Source: a virus (Duplodnaviria > Caudoviricetes). From it: a stretch of DNA of 64,000 bases. The stretch's first letter is position 1, and every line of letters begins with the position of its first letter. Shown here piece after piece: positions 26,456 to 33,877 of this stretch. The stretch covers positions 1 through 64,000 of the IMG/VR virus record IMGVR_UViG_2595698882_000001, one strand, 5' to 3'. The translations under genes and the position numbers were made by a program. The notes under the pieces are model-generated. The model saw only the letters and a list, made by a program, of their open reading frames with translations. It was not told where the DNA came from and did no database searches.

Positions 26456-26875
26456 TTAAAACGCCTCTTCGTTTGCTTTATTTTGTGCTAGGTCCATCTG
26501 CCTTATCAGATCAGCTACGTCCTCAGTAGACATGTCTGTAACGTCTAATCTTTCTTCCTCGTTAACATCCACCTTACCTCCTGATACGGCTTCATTCAGG
26601 ACTCTTTCTTGCCTCATGTTAATCTCAGGAAGAGTAGATTGTCCTGACAGTCCTTCCATCGCATCGTTGATGTTGTTTACCTCTTTATAGATACCATACA
26701 CCCGAGCCAAGTCAGACATGTTGTCGATAGGGATTTCTCCGGCAAGTAACCGTTGCAGATACTGTAAGAGAGACACAGATATAGATTCGTTTATCAGCTC
26801 TCGGACCTGCTCTTCGGAAGATAATACTTTCTTCTTTTTATTAATCTTATTACGGATTTCATCTGCCATTGACAT
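26456..26875 (-). CDS. terS: putative terminase small subunit
   Basis: Directly upstream of terL; GEIPIDN..DL.R motif typical of Twort-like phages. Confidence 0.65.
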   Translation of the reverse strand: MSMADEIRNKINKKKKVLSSEEQVRELINESISVSLLQYLQRLLAGEIPIDNMSDLARVYGIYKEVNNINDAMEGLSGQSTLPEINMRQERVLNEAVSGGKVDVNEEERLDVTDMSTEDVADLIRQMDLAQNKANEEAF

Positions 26876-27152
26876 CTTCTATAAGCTCCCCTTTCTGTCG
26901 GAATGTTCTGTAGCACGAGCTAACATCTTCACATATGTCCACTTTAAATGGGTCTAAGTTAAAACGCACATGTGAGTGAATAATGATGTACTTGTTCTCA
27001 CGAATAATTAAAGAAGATAATGGGCGCCCGCAGACTACACAAAGTCTAGGAGAGTTCACCCTACGGTCTCCTTTTTTGAAAACGTGGTGTTTGCTTGAGT
27101 TAGAATACAAGCTGCGTCTCTTCTCCACAACTTCTCTTTTAGTTACCCCCAT
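26859..27152 (-). CDS. conserved Cys-containing basic protein
   Basis: CVVCGRPL...C...C; GAGGAGG RBS. Confidence 0.75.
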   Translation of the reverse strand: MGVTKREVVEKRRSLYSNSSKHHVFKKGDRRVNSPRLCVVCGRPLSSLIIRENKYIIIHSHVRFNLDPFKVDICEDVSSCYRTFRQKGELIEDVNGR

Positions 27153-27154
27153 CT

Positions 27155-27676
27155 TCACTCCTCCTCTTCCGAGTCAGTAAAATTCACGAAGGTATCCTTT
27201 ATGTATTTTGTATACGCATCCAATCTTTCTTCTAGCATAGTGTCTTTAGTATCTTCGTCCGCACGTTCCGGGTCGATTACATCCACGTATAAGTACGGTA
27301 GCTCTAAAACAATCTCCACAGGGACTTTGTTGATAACGTCCTCTGTAAAGGCTAGCCCTCGATCTAACATCTCTGAGAATAAATACTCTTTGTATTTCTC
27401 GATCAGCTTCTGAATGATTTCTGGCTCTGTAAGTTCGCTCTCGCACTGTAAATGGGCATACTCATAAGCCATGTTTATTGTCATAGGTTTCAGGATGTCC
27501 TCGATATCGTCAATAAAGTCCTCTAAGGCATCCATGTCTGGGACTACATAGTCCCCTTCCCGGTAGATCGGGGCTAAAAATTTACTGGAGCCAATTATGT
27601 TCGTAGCTAACTCCCCTGCAAAGAATTGTACTGAATCTCGGTAGTTATCCATCTCCTGCTCTGTAAGTCCGAACAT
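27155..27676 (-). CDS. conserved acidic hypothetical protein
   Basis: MFGLTE..MD.YR N-terminus; RBS. Confidence 0.8.
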   Translation of the reverse strand: MFGLTEQEMDNYRDSVQFFAGELATNIIGSSKFLAPIYREGDYVVPDMDALEDFIDDIEDILKPMTINMAYEYAHLQCESELTEPEIIQKLIEKYKEYLFSEMLDRGLAFTEDVINKVPVEIVLELPYLYVDVIDPERADEDTKDTMLEERLDAYTKYIKDTFVNFTDSEEEE

Positions 27677-27703
27677 TGGTGATGCACCTTCTTTCCCTTG
27701 ATG

Positions 27704-27967
27704 TTATTTTTTGTCGTATTTCTTTAAAACAACGTCTGTAATCTCCTTCAGTTCCTTCTGAACTCGTTTCTTCTTCCTATGCTGCAAATAGTCATAAAGT
27801 ACAGAGACACCTACAGCAATGAAGACTATAGCGATGTCACACCACAGCTTATAATGCTCTAGAGAGTACAGGTGTGTGGACACCAGACTTTCAGCGATTG
27901 TCAAAAGGATAATCGTACTAAAGCTTAATATAAATTTTACCAGTAGTGTGTTTGCCTTTTTTGTCAT
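27704..27967 (-). CDS. two-TM membrane protein
   Basis: GGAGG RBS; two hydrophobic helices and a basic tail. Confidence 0.75.
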   Translation of the reverse strand: MTKKANTLLVKFILSFSTIILLTIAESLVSTHLYSLEHYKLWCDIAIVFIAVGVSVLYDYLQHRKKKRVQKELKEITDVVLKKYDKK

Positions 27968-28084
27968 ACAGGGTACCTCCATATTTAATTTGTATATGTT
28001 ACTAATATAAAGGATAGTGAATATTAGGAAAATTCCACTGCAAAGTCTTATATTAGTAAGGAATACAAGCCGGAGAGGATAGAC

Positions 28085-28384
28085 ATGTTCACAATTTCCG
28101 TAACTGTAACTGCTGTATTTTACACGCTCATTGTTTATGTGTCCTATATTACTTCCCAGATTCTATATTTTGGTATCACTAGCAGACTGTGGATGCCTAT
28201 TTTAAAGTCATCTCTGTTCATCCTAGTGTCCTATACCTCCATTATATCAGATGTCATATTGTTTAGTAATTGTATGTACGAATCGACTATTTTGAAAAAT
28301 GGGCTACTGCTCCTGTTACTGGGAACATCTTTGATAACAGCGGCAAGCGGAAAGGAGACTAATGATGCACATAACGGAGAATAA
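28085..28384 (+). CDS. multi-TM membrane protein
   Basis: GGAGAGG RBS; hydrophobic; divergent late TATATTA motifs at ~28004 and ~28049. Confidence 0.75.
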   Translation: MFTISVTVTAVFYTLIVYVSYITSQILYFGITSRLWMPILKSSLFILVSYTSIISDVILFSNCMYESTILKNGLLLLLLGTSLITAASGKETNDAHNGE

Positions 28385-28727
28385 GTACCACAGTACGATA
28401 AAGGTCGAGTTTAGGGACTTAGTAAGCAGTATTGTAAACAGTGAAAGATCACTATTCCATGTGTATACAATTCACAGGCTGCTGTCATTAGGTCTACTGA
28501 TCGACTTCACGTTCATGTACCAGAAGACCGATGATCCCAATGGGTGTATTACAATCGAGCTAGACTTGAAAGAGCATGGGAAGGCGTACTTCAAGATCAA
28601 TGCGGAGACTAATTACAGCAGCTTATCTGATGAACGCAGCATGCAGGTTTTAAAGGATTTTTTAGAGAACTATAGCACGAAACTTACTGATGGGAGTCAG
28701 AAGGGGACTAAGCTATTTGACAAATAA
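28362..28727 (+). CDS. conserved hypothetical protein
   Basis: AAAGGAG RBS. Confidence 0.8.
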   Translation: MMHITENKYHSTIKVEFRDLVSSIVNSERSLFHVYTIHRLLSLGLLIDFTFMYQKTDDPNGCITIELDLKEHGKAYFKINAETNYSSLSDERSMQVLKDFLENYSTKLTDGSQKGTKLFDK

Positions 28728-28733
28728 AGGAAG

Positions 28734-29072
28734 GTGGGGGTTTTAGTGACTTACCAAAACAATGAGCTTATCCAAAAGTTACAGGCAATCGAAGCAGTGC
28801 TTCAAAATCAAGAAATAAACCAGACCGAGCTTGAAAGAGTAGTTGATGAGCTTAAGAACATTGTGCAGTCCCTTGATAAGGAAGTAGCTATCCAAGCGGA
28901 AAAGCAGTCCCACCTGTACTACATAGTTGAGAAACTACAGAAAGAGGTTGAACTGCTTGAACAGAAGGATGTCAAAACCAATGACAAGCAGCGAACTCTG
29001 ATCGAGAATATGCTCATGGCTTTTCTTGGGGGACTTATCACCTACATCTTCAGCACAATGGGTGGTAAATAA
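28734..29072 (+). CDS. coiled-coil protein with C-terminal TM (holin-like topology, unproven)
   Basis: Heptad-rich with a C-terminal hydrophobic helix. Confidence 0.7.
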   Translation: MGVLVTYQNNELIQKLQAIEAVLQNQEINQTELERVVDELKNIVQSLDKEVAIQAEKQSHLYYIVEKLQKEVELLEQKDVKTNDKQRTLIENMLMAFLGGLITYIFSTMGGK

Positions 29073-29097
29073 TTAAACACAGAAAGGGGCAATACTT

Positions 29098-29334
29098 ATG
29101 GATAACCTTAAAGGTTTAGAACTGGGAATGTTTGATGGGACCAAGGTGTATGTACCTGCTTCTGCATTAAAGGAACTAGGTGTGTTTATTCCGGTAGACT
29201 CCTTTATTGGGAACTATCTGAGAGGAAGCAGAGGTCCTCTACTAACAGTGTATCCTGATTCGACTTTCGCAGAAGGTACAGGTTATTTTATCAACCCGGC
29301 GTTCATCGTCAGTGTAAAACTTATTACAGCATAA
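29098..29334 (+). CDS. hypothetical protein
   Basis: AAAGGGG RBS; followed by a terminator at 29334-29362. Confidence 0.75.
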   Translation: MDNLKGLELGMFDGTKVYVPASALKELGVFIPVDSFIGNYLRGSRGPLLTVYPDSTFAEGTGYFINPAFIVSVKLITA

Positions 29335-29363
29335 AAGACCAGCTGAGCTGGTCTTCTTTTTGT

Positions 29364-29618
29364 TCACCACATATCCGGGTCTGTATAAATCTCATTCATA
29401 GCATTTTCCGCAGCTTGGTACTGTCTGTCTCGGTGTTCATTCTCAATCTGGCGATTATATACGTAGCCTGCCATGTCTTTTAAGGTCCTTAGCATTTGCA
29501 TAGTTACATACTCTGAATGCTTGCTGTGAGGTGCCAGTTCAAGTAGGTACTCGATATGCTCTATTACTGCATCTCGGTGCTTCTCTGTAGGTGTTTCTGA
29601 CTGTTTGGTGTAGCCCAT
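29364..29618 (-). CDS. hypothetical protein
   Basis: GAGGAGG RBS before MGYTK. Confidence 0.7.
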   Translation of the reverse strand: MGYTKQSETPTEKHRDAVIEHIEYLLELAPHSKHSEYVTMQMLRTLKDMAGYVYNRQIENEHRDRQYQAAENAMNEIYTDPDMW

Positions 29619-29619
29619 A

Positions 29620-29976
29620 TCAGTTGTCCTCCTCAAGCTGCCGCAGAATGTGTAGTTCATAGTCCCTGATTTCTTTTTCTCTTCTCTCCCTTATTACTTT
29701 TTCTACAGGGTTTTCTGGAGGGTGTGTAAGCGGTTTACAAGGTTTTAAAGGCTCACCCTGTACTTTAATACATTTAGGCATCAACTGATCTCTGGTGCGT
29801 GTTTGTATCATCTTTGATTTCCTAATTAACTCTGCTAGTACCTTTAAACCTTCCTGATATTTCTGCATACTTTCGGATATCCTAGCCTCTGTCGCTTCAT
29901 AAGAGCTATCAGGAGCTTTGGACCGTTTTACAATTACTCCTGACTTTACAGATTTATTGCCGTTCTTCTCCATCAT
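29620..29976 (-). CDS. hypothetical protein
   Basis: Coupled to the HTH gene. Confidence 0.7.
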   Translation of the reverse strand: MMEKNGNKSVKSGVIVKRSKAPDSSYEATEARISESMQKYQEGLKVLAELIRKSKMIQTRTRDQLMPKCIKVQGEPLKPCKPLTHPPENPVEKVIRERREKEIRDYELHILRQLEEDN

Positions 29977-30284
29977 TCATCCACCCTTTTGTTGTTGACA
30001 TCTTTAAATTTTTCTAATTCTAAAATTTCCTCTTCAGTAAGGTCCTTAAACAACTCCCGGTAACCTACATTAAACAAATCCTCTAACTCCTCAAGTTTCT
30101 GTCTTCTAGGGAACTTCTCTCCAGTTTCCCAGTAGCTGATTGTGGAGAAGTTGACCCCTAGCTTAGCAGCTAAGCTGTAAATGGTGTACCCATGATCTAA
30201 TCTGTGCTTCCGTAAACGTTTAATCACTTTTCCTTTACTCATGTTGTTATCTCCTTTAGATGTTTTAATTTTTGTCTGTGTCAA
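29973..30284 (-). CDS. XRE/Cro-family HTH transcriptional regulator
   Basis: LR..R...G.T...LA..LGV..STIS.WE.G...P...L..L...F.V; two in-frame starts with RBS (TTG 30284, ATG 30242). Confidence 0.92.
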   Translation of the reverse strand: MTQTKIKTSKGDNNMSKGKVIKRLRKHRLDHGYTIYSLAAKLGVNFSTISYWETGEKFPRRQKLEELEDLFNVGYRELFKDLTEEEILELEKFKDVNNKRVDE

Positions 30285-30332
30285 TTCCTTTTCCTCCTTT
30301 GAGTATTTTGTGTCTGTTTTGTTGTTGACTAC

Positions 30333-30361
30333 ATCGTATCATGGTATTGATTGAAAGTCAA
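30333..30361 (-). promoter_or_regulatory. sigmaA promoter of the HTH operon, with a TTGAC-N5-ATCAA site
   Basis: TTGACTttcaATCAA...TGaTACGAT, 17-bp spacer. Confidence 0.75.
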
Positions 30362-30399
30362 CACGTTTTATAAAATTATTTTATGTAACTGACTCTAGA

Positions 30400-30815
30400 T
30401 TATTCTTGTCATATTTTAATTACTGCTGTATCAAGGTTTGTAAACCATACTGACATTGGTTTTGTCCTATTTTATTTTTATCCCTCCTGTATTTAATATA
30501 TTTATTATTACTAATAAGTGTTATTAAATAATAAACAGGGAGGAGTTAAAATAAAATAGGCATTTTTAAAACTGACATAATTAACTCCCTTTTGTCAGGT
30601 AAGGATTTAAAATAGGCATTACCTTCTGAGATACAAAACCTTACTGACATATTAGCCCTTAAATATGTTATGTCCTATTTTAATCCCTTGATACATAAGG
30701 CTTTCTGACATCTTTTAGATACTTTTTGTCATATTTTATTTTAAGGGGTTCTGTATTTATATATTTATATATTCTATATATTATTAAAGTTATTTTTAAT
30801 ACTTAGTATTATAAT
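30400..30815. repeat. AT-rich region with three units of TG(T)C(A/C)TATTTTA pairs 56 bp apart; candidate origin
   Basis: Motifs at 30407/30463 and 30671/30727 (forward) and 30552/30608 (inverted); CTGACAT four times. Confidence 0.65.
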
Positions 30816-30892
30816 GATATAGGCTGTAAGAAAATGGAAATACGTAGAGATCGAGCAGCGAAAAAAAAAATGAAAAAAGTTATCCCAAACAC

Positions 30893-30921
30893 TTGTCAGG
30901 AGTTACAGAGTATGTTATAGT
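30893..30921 (+). promoter_or_regulatory. promoter for the RNA cluster
   Basis: TTGTCA-ggagttacag...TGtTATAGT, 17-bp spacer; second extended -10 TGtTATAAT at ~31082. Confidence 0.65.
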
Positions 30922-30958
30922 ATAGTTAAGGTTAAGGAAGCCTACAAATACACACCGT

Positions 30959-31036
30959 ATTTTGACCCCTGAACCACTTGATGCTGAGACTACCTCCTGA
31001 TCGGTTTCATTGTCAGGTGGTACAGACGGTCAAAAA
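30959..31036 (+). ncRNA. hairpin RNA with anti-SD loop (ACCUCCU)
   Basis: TTTGACC/GGTCAAA, ACCACTTGATG/TGTCAGGTGGT and TGAGAC/GTTTCA stems with G-U pairs. Confidence 0.55.
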
Positions 31037-31099
31037 AAAATGAAAATATTTACTCTGTAACGTTTAAAAAACACGAATATGTGTTATAATAGTAATACA

Positions 31100-31222
31100 C
31101 CGTCTAGTTCAACGGCGAACTCGATGTGCTGAGACTGACTAGTTCAACTGGTGAACTCGTGGTCTCAACCCGCTCCAAGGTTTTTTGTTCCTCTCCTTGT
31201 TTTTTCCTTGGAGCTTCTTTTT
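31100..31222 (+). ncRNA. small RNA: duplicated CTAGTTCAAC..GAACTCG hairpins plus a stem with a C/U-rich loop and U-tail
   Basis: GCTCCAAGG/CCTTGGAGC stem; loop contains UUCCUCUCCUU. Confidence 0.5.
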
Positions 31223-31229
31223 AAATCAT

Positions 31230-31316
31230 GGATAGGTATCCAAGCGGTAAAGGGGTCTGGTTGCTAACCAGATAGTAGGCTGAGGTCTAGCGGAGGTTCG
31301 AATCCTCTCCTATCCG
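31230..31316 (+). tRNA. tRNA-Ser(GCT)
   Basis: GGATAGG/CCTATCC acceptor, TCTGG-TTGCTAA-CCAGA arm, long variable arm, GTTCGAATC; CCA not encoded. Confidence 0.92.
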
Positions 31317-31322
31317 TAAACT

Positions 31323-31419
31323 AAGTAGGTTTTCATTGAGCACACAAGCGGCGTCTCTGTCCATTTCCATTGTCGCCTCCTCCCCCTTTTCAGCTTGTGT
31401 GTTCAATGAGCATCTGCTT
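31323..31419 (+). ncRNA. long hairpin RNA with C-rich anti-SD/anti-AUG loop
   Basis: 26 of 27 bp paired (4 G-U); loop ...CCATTTCCATTGTCGCCTCCTCCCCCTTTT. Confidence 0.65.
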
Positions 31420-31569
31420 TTAGACTTTTTCAAGTATGGCTCTTTAACTATAGGTGACAAAGTCGAGGTATTGGTCTCCTCAGCTGAATACGCTTTTCCT
31501 ACCGTAAAGGTGGTACGATCGACACCGGATACGATGGATAAGGCTAAAGGCTAAAAACCACTTAATCAT

Positions 31570-31641
31570 TGTCCCATAGCTCAATGGTAGAGCGCCCGAC
31601 TGTTAATCGGAAGGTTGCTGGTTCGAGCCCAGCTGGGACAG
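31570..31641 (+). tRNA. tRNA-Asn(GTT)
   Basis: TGTCCCA/TGGGACA acceptor, CTGTTAA anticodon loop, GTTCGAG T-loop. Confidence 0.93.
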
Positions 31642-31668
31642 TTAACCTTATAATGAGGAGGTGATTGC

Positions 31669-32019
31669 ATGAAAAAGGAAGCAATTTACGTCTTCAATTA
31701 TAACGGACAGACAGTAACTGCTGATGCTTATGTTGATCCTATAGAGAATCGTAGGTATCGAGGTACTAGAGGGAACCCTCTTCAAATTGCACTGAACTAT
31801 AAGGGTACTGGTGCCACTGAGACACAAACTATTGTTGCAGAATTGGTGGAAGACGTGCCTGTACCAGACGCACCTGCCTACTCCGTTAATACACACGCAC
31901 TTATTTTCTACTTGCCAGATGTAGACGCCTATGCCAAGGGGCTGTACTATGAGCTCAATGAAGGCGACTCAGGTGTCCTCCATCCTGACTTTACAGTAGA
32001 TTTTCTAGACAAGATTTAA
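31669..32019 (+). CDS. hypothetical protein inside the tRNA cluster
   Basis: Perfect GAGGAGGTGA RBS. Confidence 0.8.
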   Translation: MKKEAIYVFNYNGQTVTADAYVDPIENRRYRGTRGNPLQIALNYKGTGATETQTIVAELVEDVPVPDAPAYSVNTHALIFYLPDVDAYAKGLYYELNEGDSGVLHPDFTVDFLDKI

Positions 32020-32030
32020 TTTCATTGGGA

Positions 32031-32218
32031 ACCGTGGCTGTTCGTTTTGGGAGCAGCAGTCTTTAATGGCAGGGTACTTGACGTTGGGTTAGGGTATCCA
32101 AACGCAGAGTAGGTGGACCATGAAACTACTTCAATTCTGAGGTCGTTTTTCCGGCTTCATACGTACTACTCATGTGTACAACAGAGCCTACACGCCTCTT
32201 AACAATGCGGACCACGGT
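32031..32218 (+). ncRNA. multi-branched structured RNA of unknown family
   Basis: Closing stem ACCGTGG/CCACGGT enclosing about five hairpins; no ORF. Confidence 0.5.
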
Positions 32219-32234
32219 AGGACGTTATAGCTCG

Positions 32235-32309
32235 CTGGACGATGTATAATTTGTCAGTATCTATACCGGTTAAGGGTCTGATAAACGAGGTTAGATTCCT
32301 CGGTCCAGA
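32235..32309 (+). ncRNA. tRNA-like RNA lacking canonical D and anticodon arms
   Basis: CTGGAC/GTCCAG acceptor; T-arm CGAGG-TTAGATT-CCTCG. Confidence 0.55.
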
Positions 32310-32369
32310 AAAGCAGAGTTTATTCACTAGGCTAATACGTTAGTAGGGTTCGGGGTTAGCCCGGACGAC

Positions 32370-32489
32370 TGTGTGGTGGCGGAAAAGGTAGACGCAATAA
32401 CCCTCGGTACGGGCACGGTCATGAACGTGATACAGAGGGCTGGGACAAATTTACCCGTACATGCTAGGTGCAAATCCTAGCCCACACGT
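32370..32489 (+). ncRNA. tRNA-like RNA with expanded anticodon region
   Basis: GTGTGG/CCACAC acceptor, Leu-type D-arm TGGCGGAAAAGGTAGACGC, T-arm CTAGG-TGCAAAT-CCTAG. Confidence 0.65.
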
Positions 32490-32773
32490 ATAATGCCCTT
32501 ATAAGCAATCAGCTTATTATGCGGTCAAAAAATCTATTGGTGGCACACTGTTATAGATGGAGTGTGTGAGCAGCTAAGGGAGTAGCTAGAAGCTATGTGA
32601 GGGTCAAGGGCTGTATCCATGTGGGAGTGGATATTATTTTATTATCTCCGGCGCATAACGGGTAGCTGCGATCCATGGAAGCTGTTTCGGGTATACACGG
32701 GCAGTGGAAAAAAGGAGCGTTTCCCAGGGGAGGTGAAAACCTTAAAAGAGTCTTAAATCCCCTGACCAAACAT

Positions 32774-32851
32774 GCGGGGTGAGGATGATATCAACTCAGT
32801 AGGTACCCCGGGTATATGCTGAGTGACGGGGTTCGATTCCCCGGTCCCGCT
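32774..32851 (+). ncRNA. tRNA-like RNA with unpaired D-loop and long non-anticodon stem
   Basis: GCGGGGT/GTCCCGC acceptor, ACTCAGTA/TGCTGAGT stem, T-arm CGGGG-TTCGATT-CCCCG. Confidence 0.65.
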
Positions 32852-32860
32852 ACAATATTT

Positions 32861-32931
32861 TGCCGAGTAGCCAAGTGGTAAGGCAGCGGGCTTTGAACTC
32901 GCTATCGTTGGTTCGATCCCAGCCTCGGCAG
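32861..32931 (+). tRNA. tRNA-Gln(TTG)
   Basis: TGCCGAG/CTCGGCA acceptor, CTTTGAA loop, GTTCGATC. Confidence 0.93.
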
Positions 32932-32938
32932 TACACGT

Positions 32939-33028
32939 TTTTAGAGCTTAGCAGGGTCCCACACCGACACCTCCTAAAAAGCTTCAGCTCCTTGTTTCGG
33001 GTGGTAGGGACGGAGCAGGCTCTAGAAG
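32939..33028 (+). ncRNA. hairpin RNA with CACCUCCU anti-SD loop
   Basis: TAGAGCTT/AGGCTCTA, GTCCC/GGGAC and CCGA/TCGG stems. Confidence 0.55.
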
Positions 33029-33035
33029 CGTTCTT

Positions 33036-33107
33036 GGCTCCATAGTGCAGCGGTTAACACGCCCGCCTGTCACGTGGGTAGCATGGGTTCGAATCCCGTT
33101 GGAGCCG
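33036..33107 (+). tRNA. tRNA-Asp(GTC)
   Basis: GGCTCCA/TGGAGCC acceptor, CTGTCAC loop, GTTCGAATC. Confidence 0.93.
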
Positions 33108-33273
33108 TTAAGTAACCATATCGGACTGTCTCGTTCTCTGCGGGGAGAACATTCGAGGTGAAAGACCTCTACAGACAGGTGACAGATGGTGAGGGCACTT
33201 TCCCAACAGTTGCCGCAGATGAGGGAAGTGAGGCGATGATAGGAAGAAGAGGTGGGTCCTTCGCCATTAATAA

Positions 33274-33357
33274 GGGTGAGCGGTAACGTTGGAGAGTTAC
33301 GGCAGACTGTAAATCTGCTCCCTTCGGGGTTAGAGTGTTCGAATCACTCCTTACCCA
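33274..33357 (+). tRNA. tRNA-Tyr(GTA)
   Basis: GGGTGAG/CTTACCC acceptor, GCAGA-CTGTAAA-TCTGC arm, variable arm. Confidence 0.92.
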
Positions 33358-33385
33358 TTGAACACTGTGCATTATCTCCTTTTTG

Positions 33386-33418
33386 AGACTCCGTAAGTAA
33401 TCTACGGAGTCTTTTTTG
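33386..33418 (+). terminator. terminator of the RNA cluster
   Basis: AGACTCCGTA/TACGGAGTCT stem followed by a T-run. Confidence 0.85.
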
Positions 33419-33529
33419 CGTTCCCTTATATTATTACGTATGTGACTGTGCAGCTGCTGGGAGAGGTCTATATGGTATAATTAAAATAGAGACTCAATAG
33501 TTCTATATTATACATATAAGGAGGCAGCC

Positions 33530-33859
33530 ATGGCATCTTTCAGCCAAGACAATAAGTGGACGGAAGCTAAAAGAGCTGTAGGCAGCACCAACTGGATAGA
33601 AGTGGTTAGCTACTACCGATCCATTGACGGAGAGAACGTGTTTGTATATTCCGTAGTGGACGGAGAGAAACGACTTATAGTTGACGTGCTTGATGATGAA
33701 AACGTTCTTCTCATCGGTAGAGACGGCAACCTCATCACAGATAGCTACAGCAATGTAGAGAACAGCAGAAAGGTTTTTAAATATTCAGAGAACAGTGAGC
33801 AGAGGCACTTTCAGTTAGGCTCTGCGGAGTATCTGGTAACAATCGAAAGTCATAAATAG
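33530..33859 (+). CDS. conserved hypothetical protein upstream of the portal
   Basis: AAGGAGG RBS; late TATATTA motif at ~33504. Confidence 0.8.
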   Translation: MASFSQDNKWTEAKRAVGSTNWIEVVSYYRSIDGENVFVYSVVDGEKRLIVDVLDDENVLLIGRDGNLITDSYSNVENSRKVFKYSENSEQRHFQLGSAEYLVTIESHK

Positions 33860-33877
33860 GATGGAAGTGATAAGGAA

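Noticed and set aside
29973-30284. Lysogeny repressor implying a temperate phage
   Set aside because: No integrase or att site in the window, and the architecture is that of lytic Herelleviridae.
31100-31165. Mini-CRISPR from the duplicated CTAGTTCAAC..GAACTCG
   Set aside because: Only two imperfect copies with a ~16-nt spacer; better explained as hairpins in a small RNA.
31336-31554. ORFs in the RNA cluster (31336..31554, 32860..33045, 33169..33372)
   Set aside because: They overlap tRNAs or long stems and lack an RBS.
32235-32851. A complete tmRNA
   Set aside because: Each tRNA-like element closes on itself within ~75-120 nt; no tag reading frame ending in Ala-Ala and no Ala acceptor identity found.
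30959-33028. Minus-strand CsrB-like sponge (GGA loops)
   Set aside because: G-U pairs would become A-C mismatches on the minus strand; promoters and tRNAs are on the plus strand.
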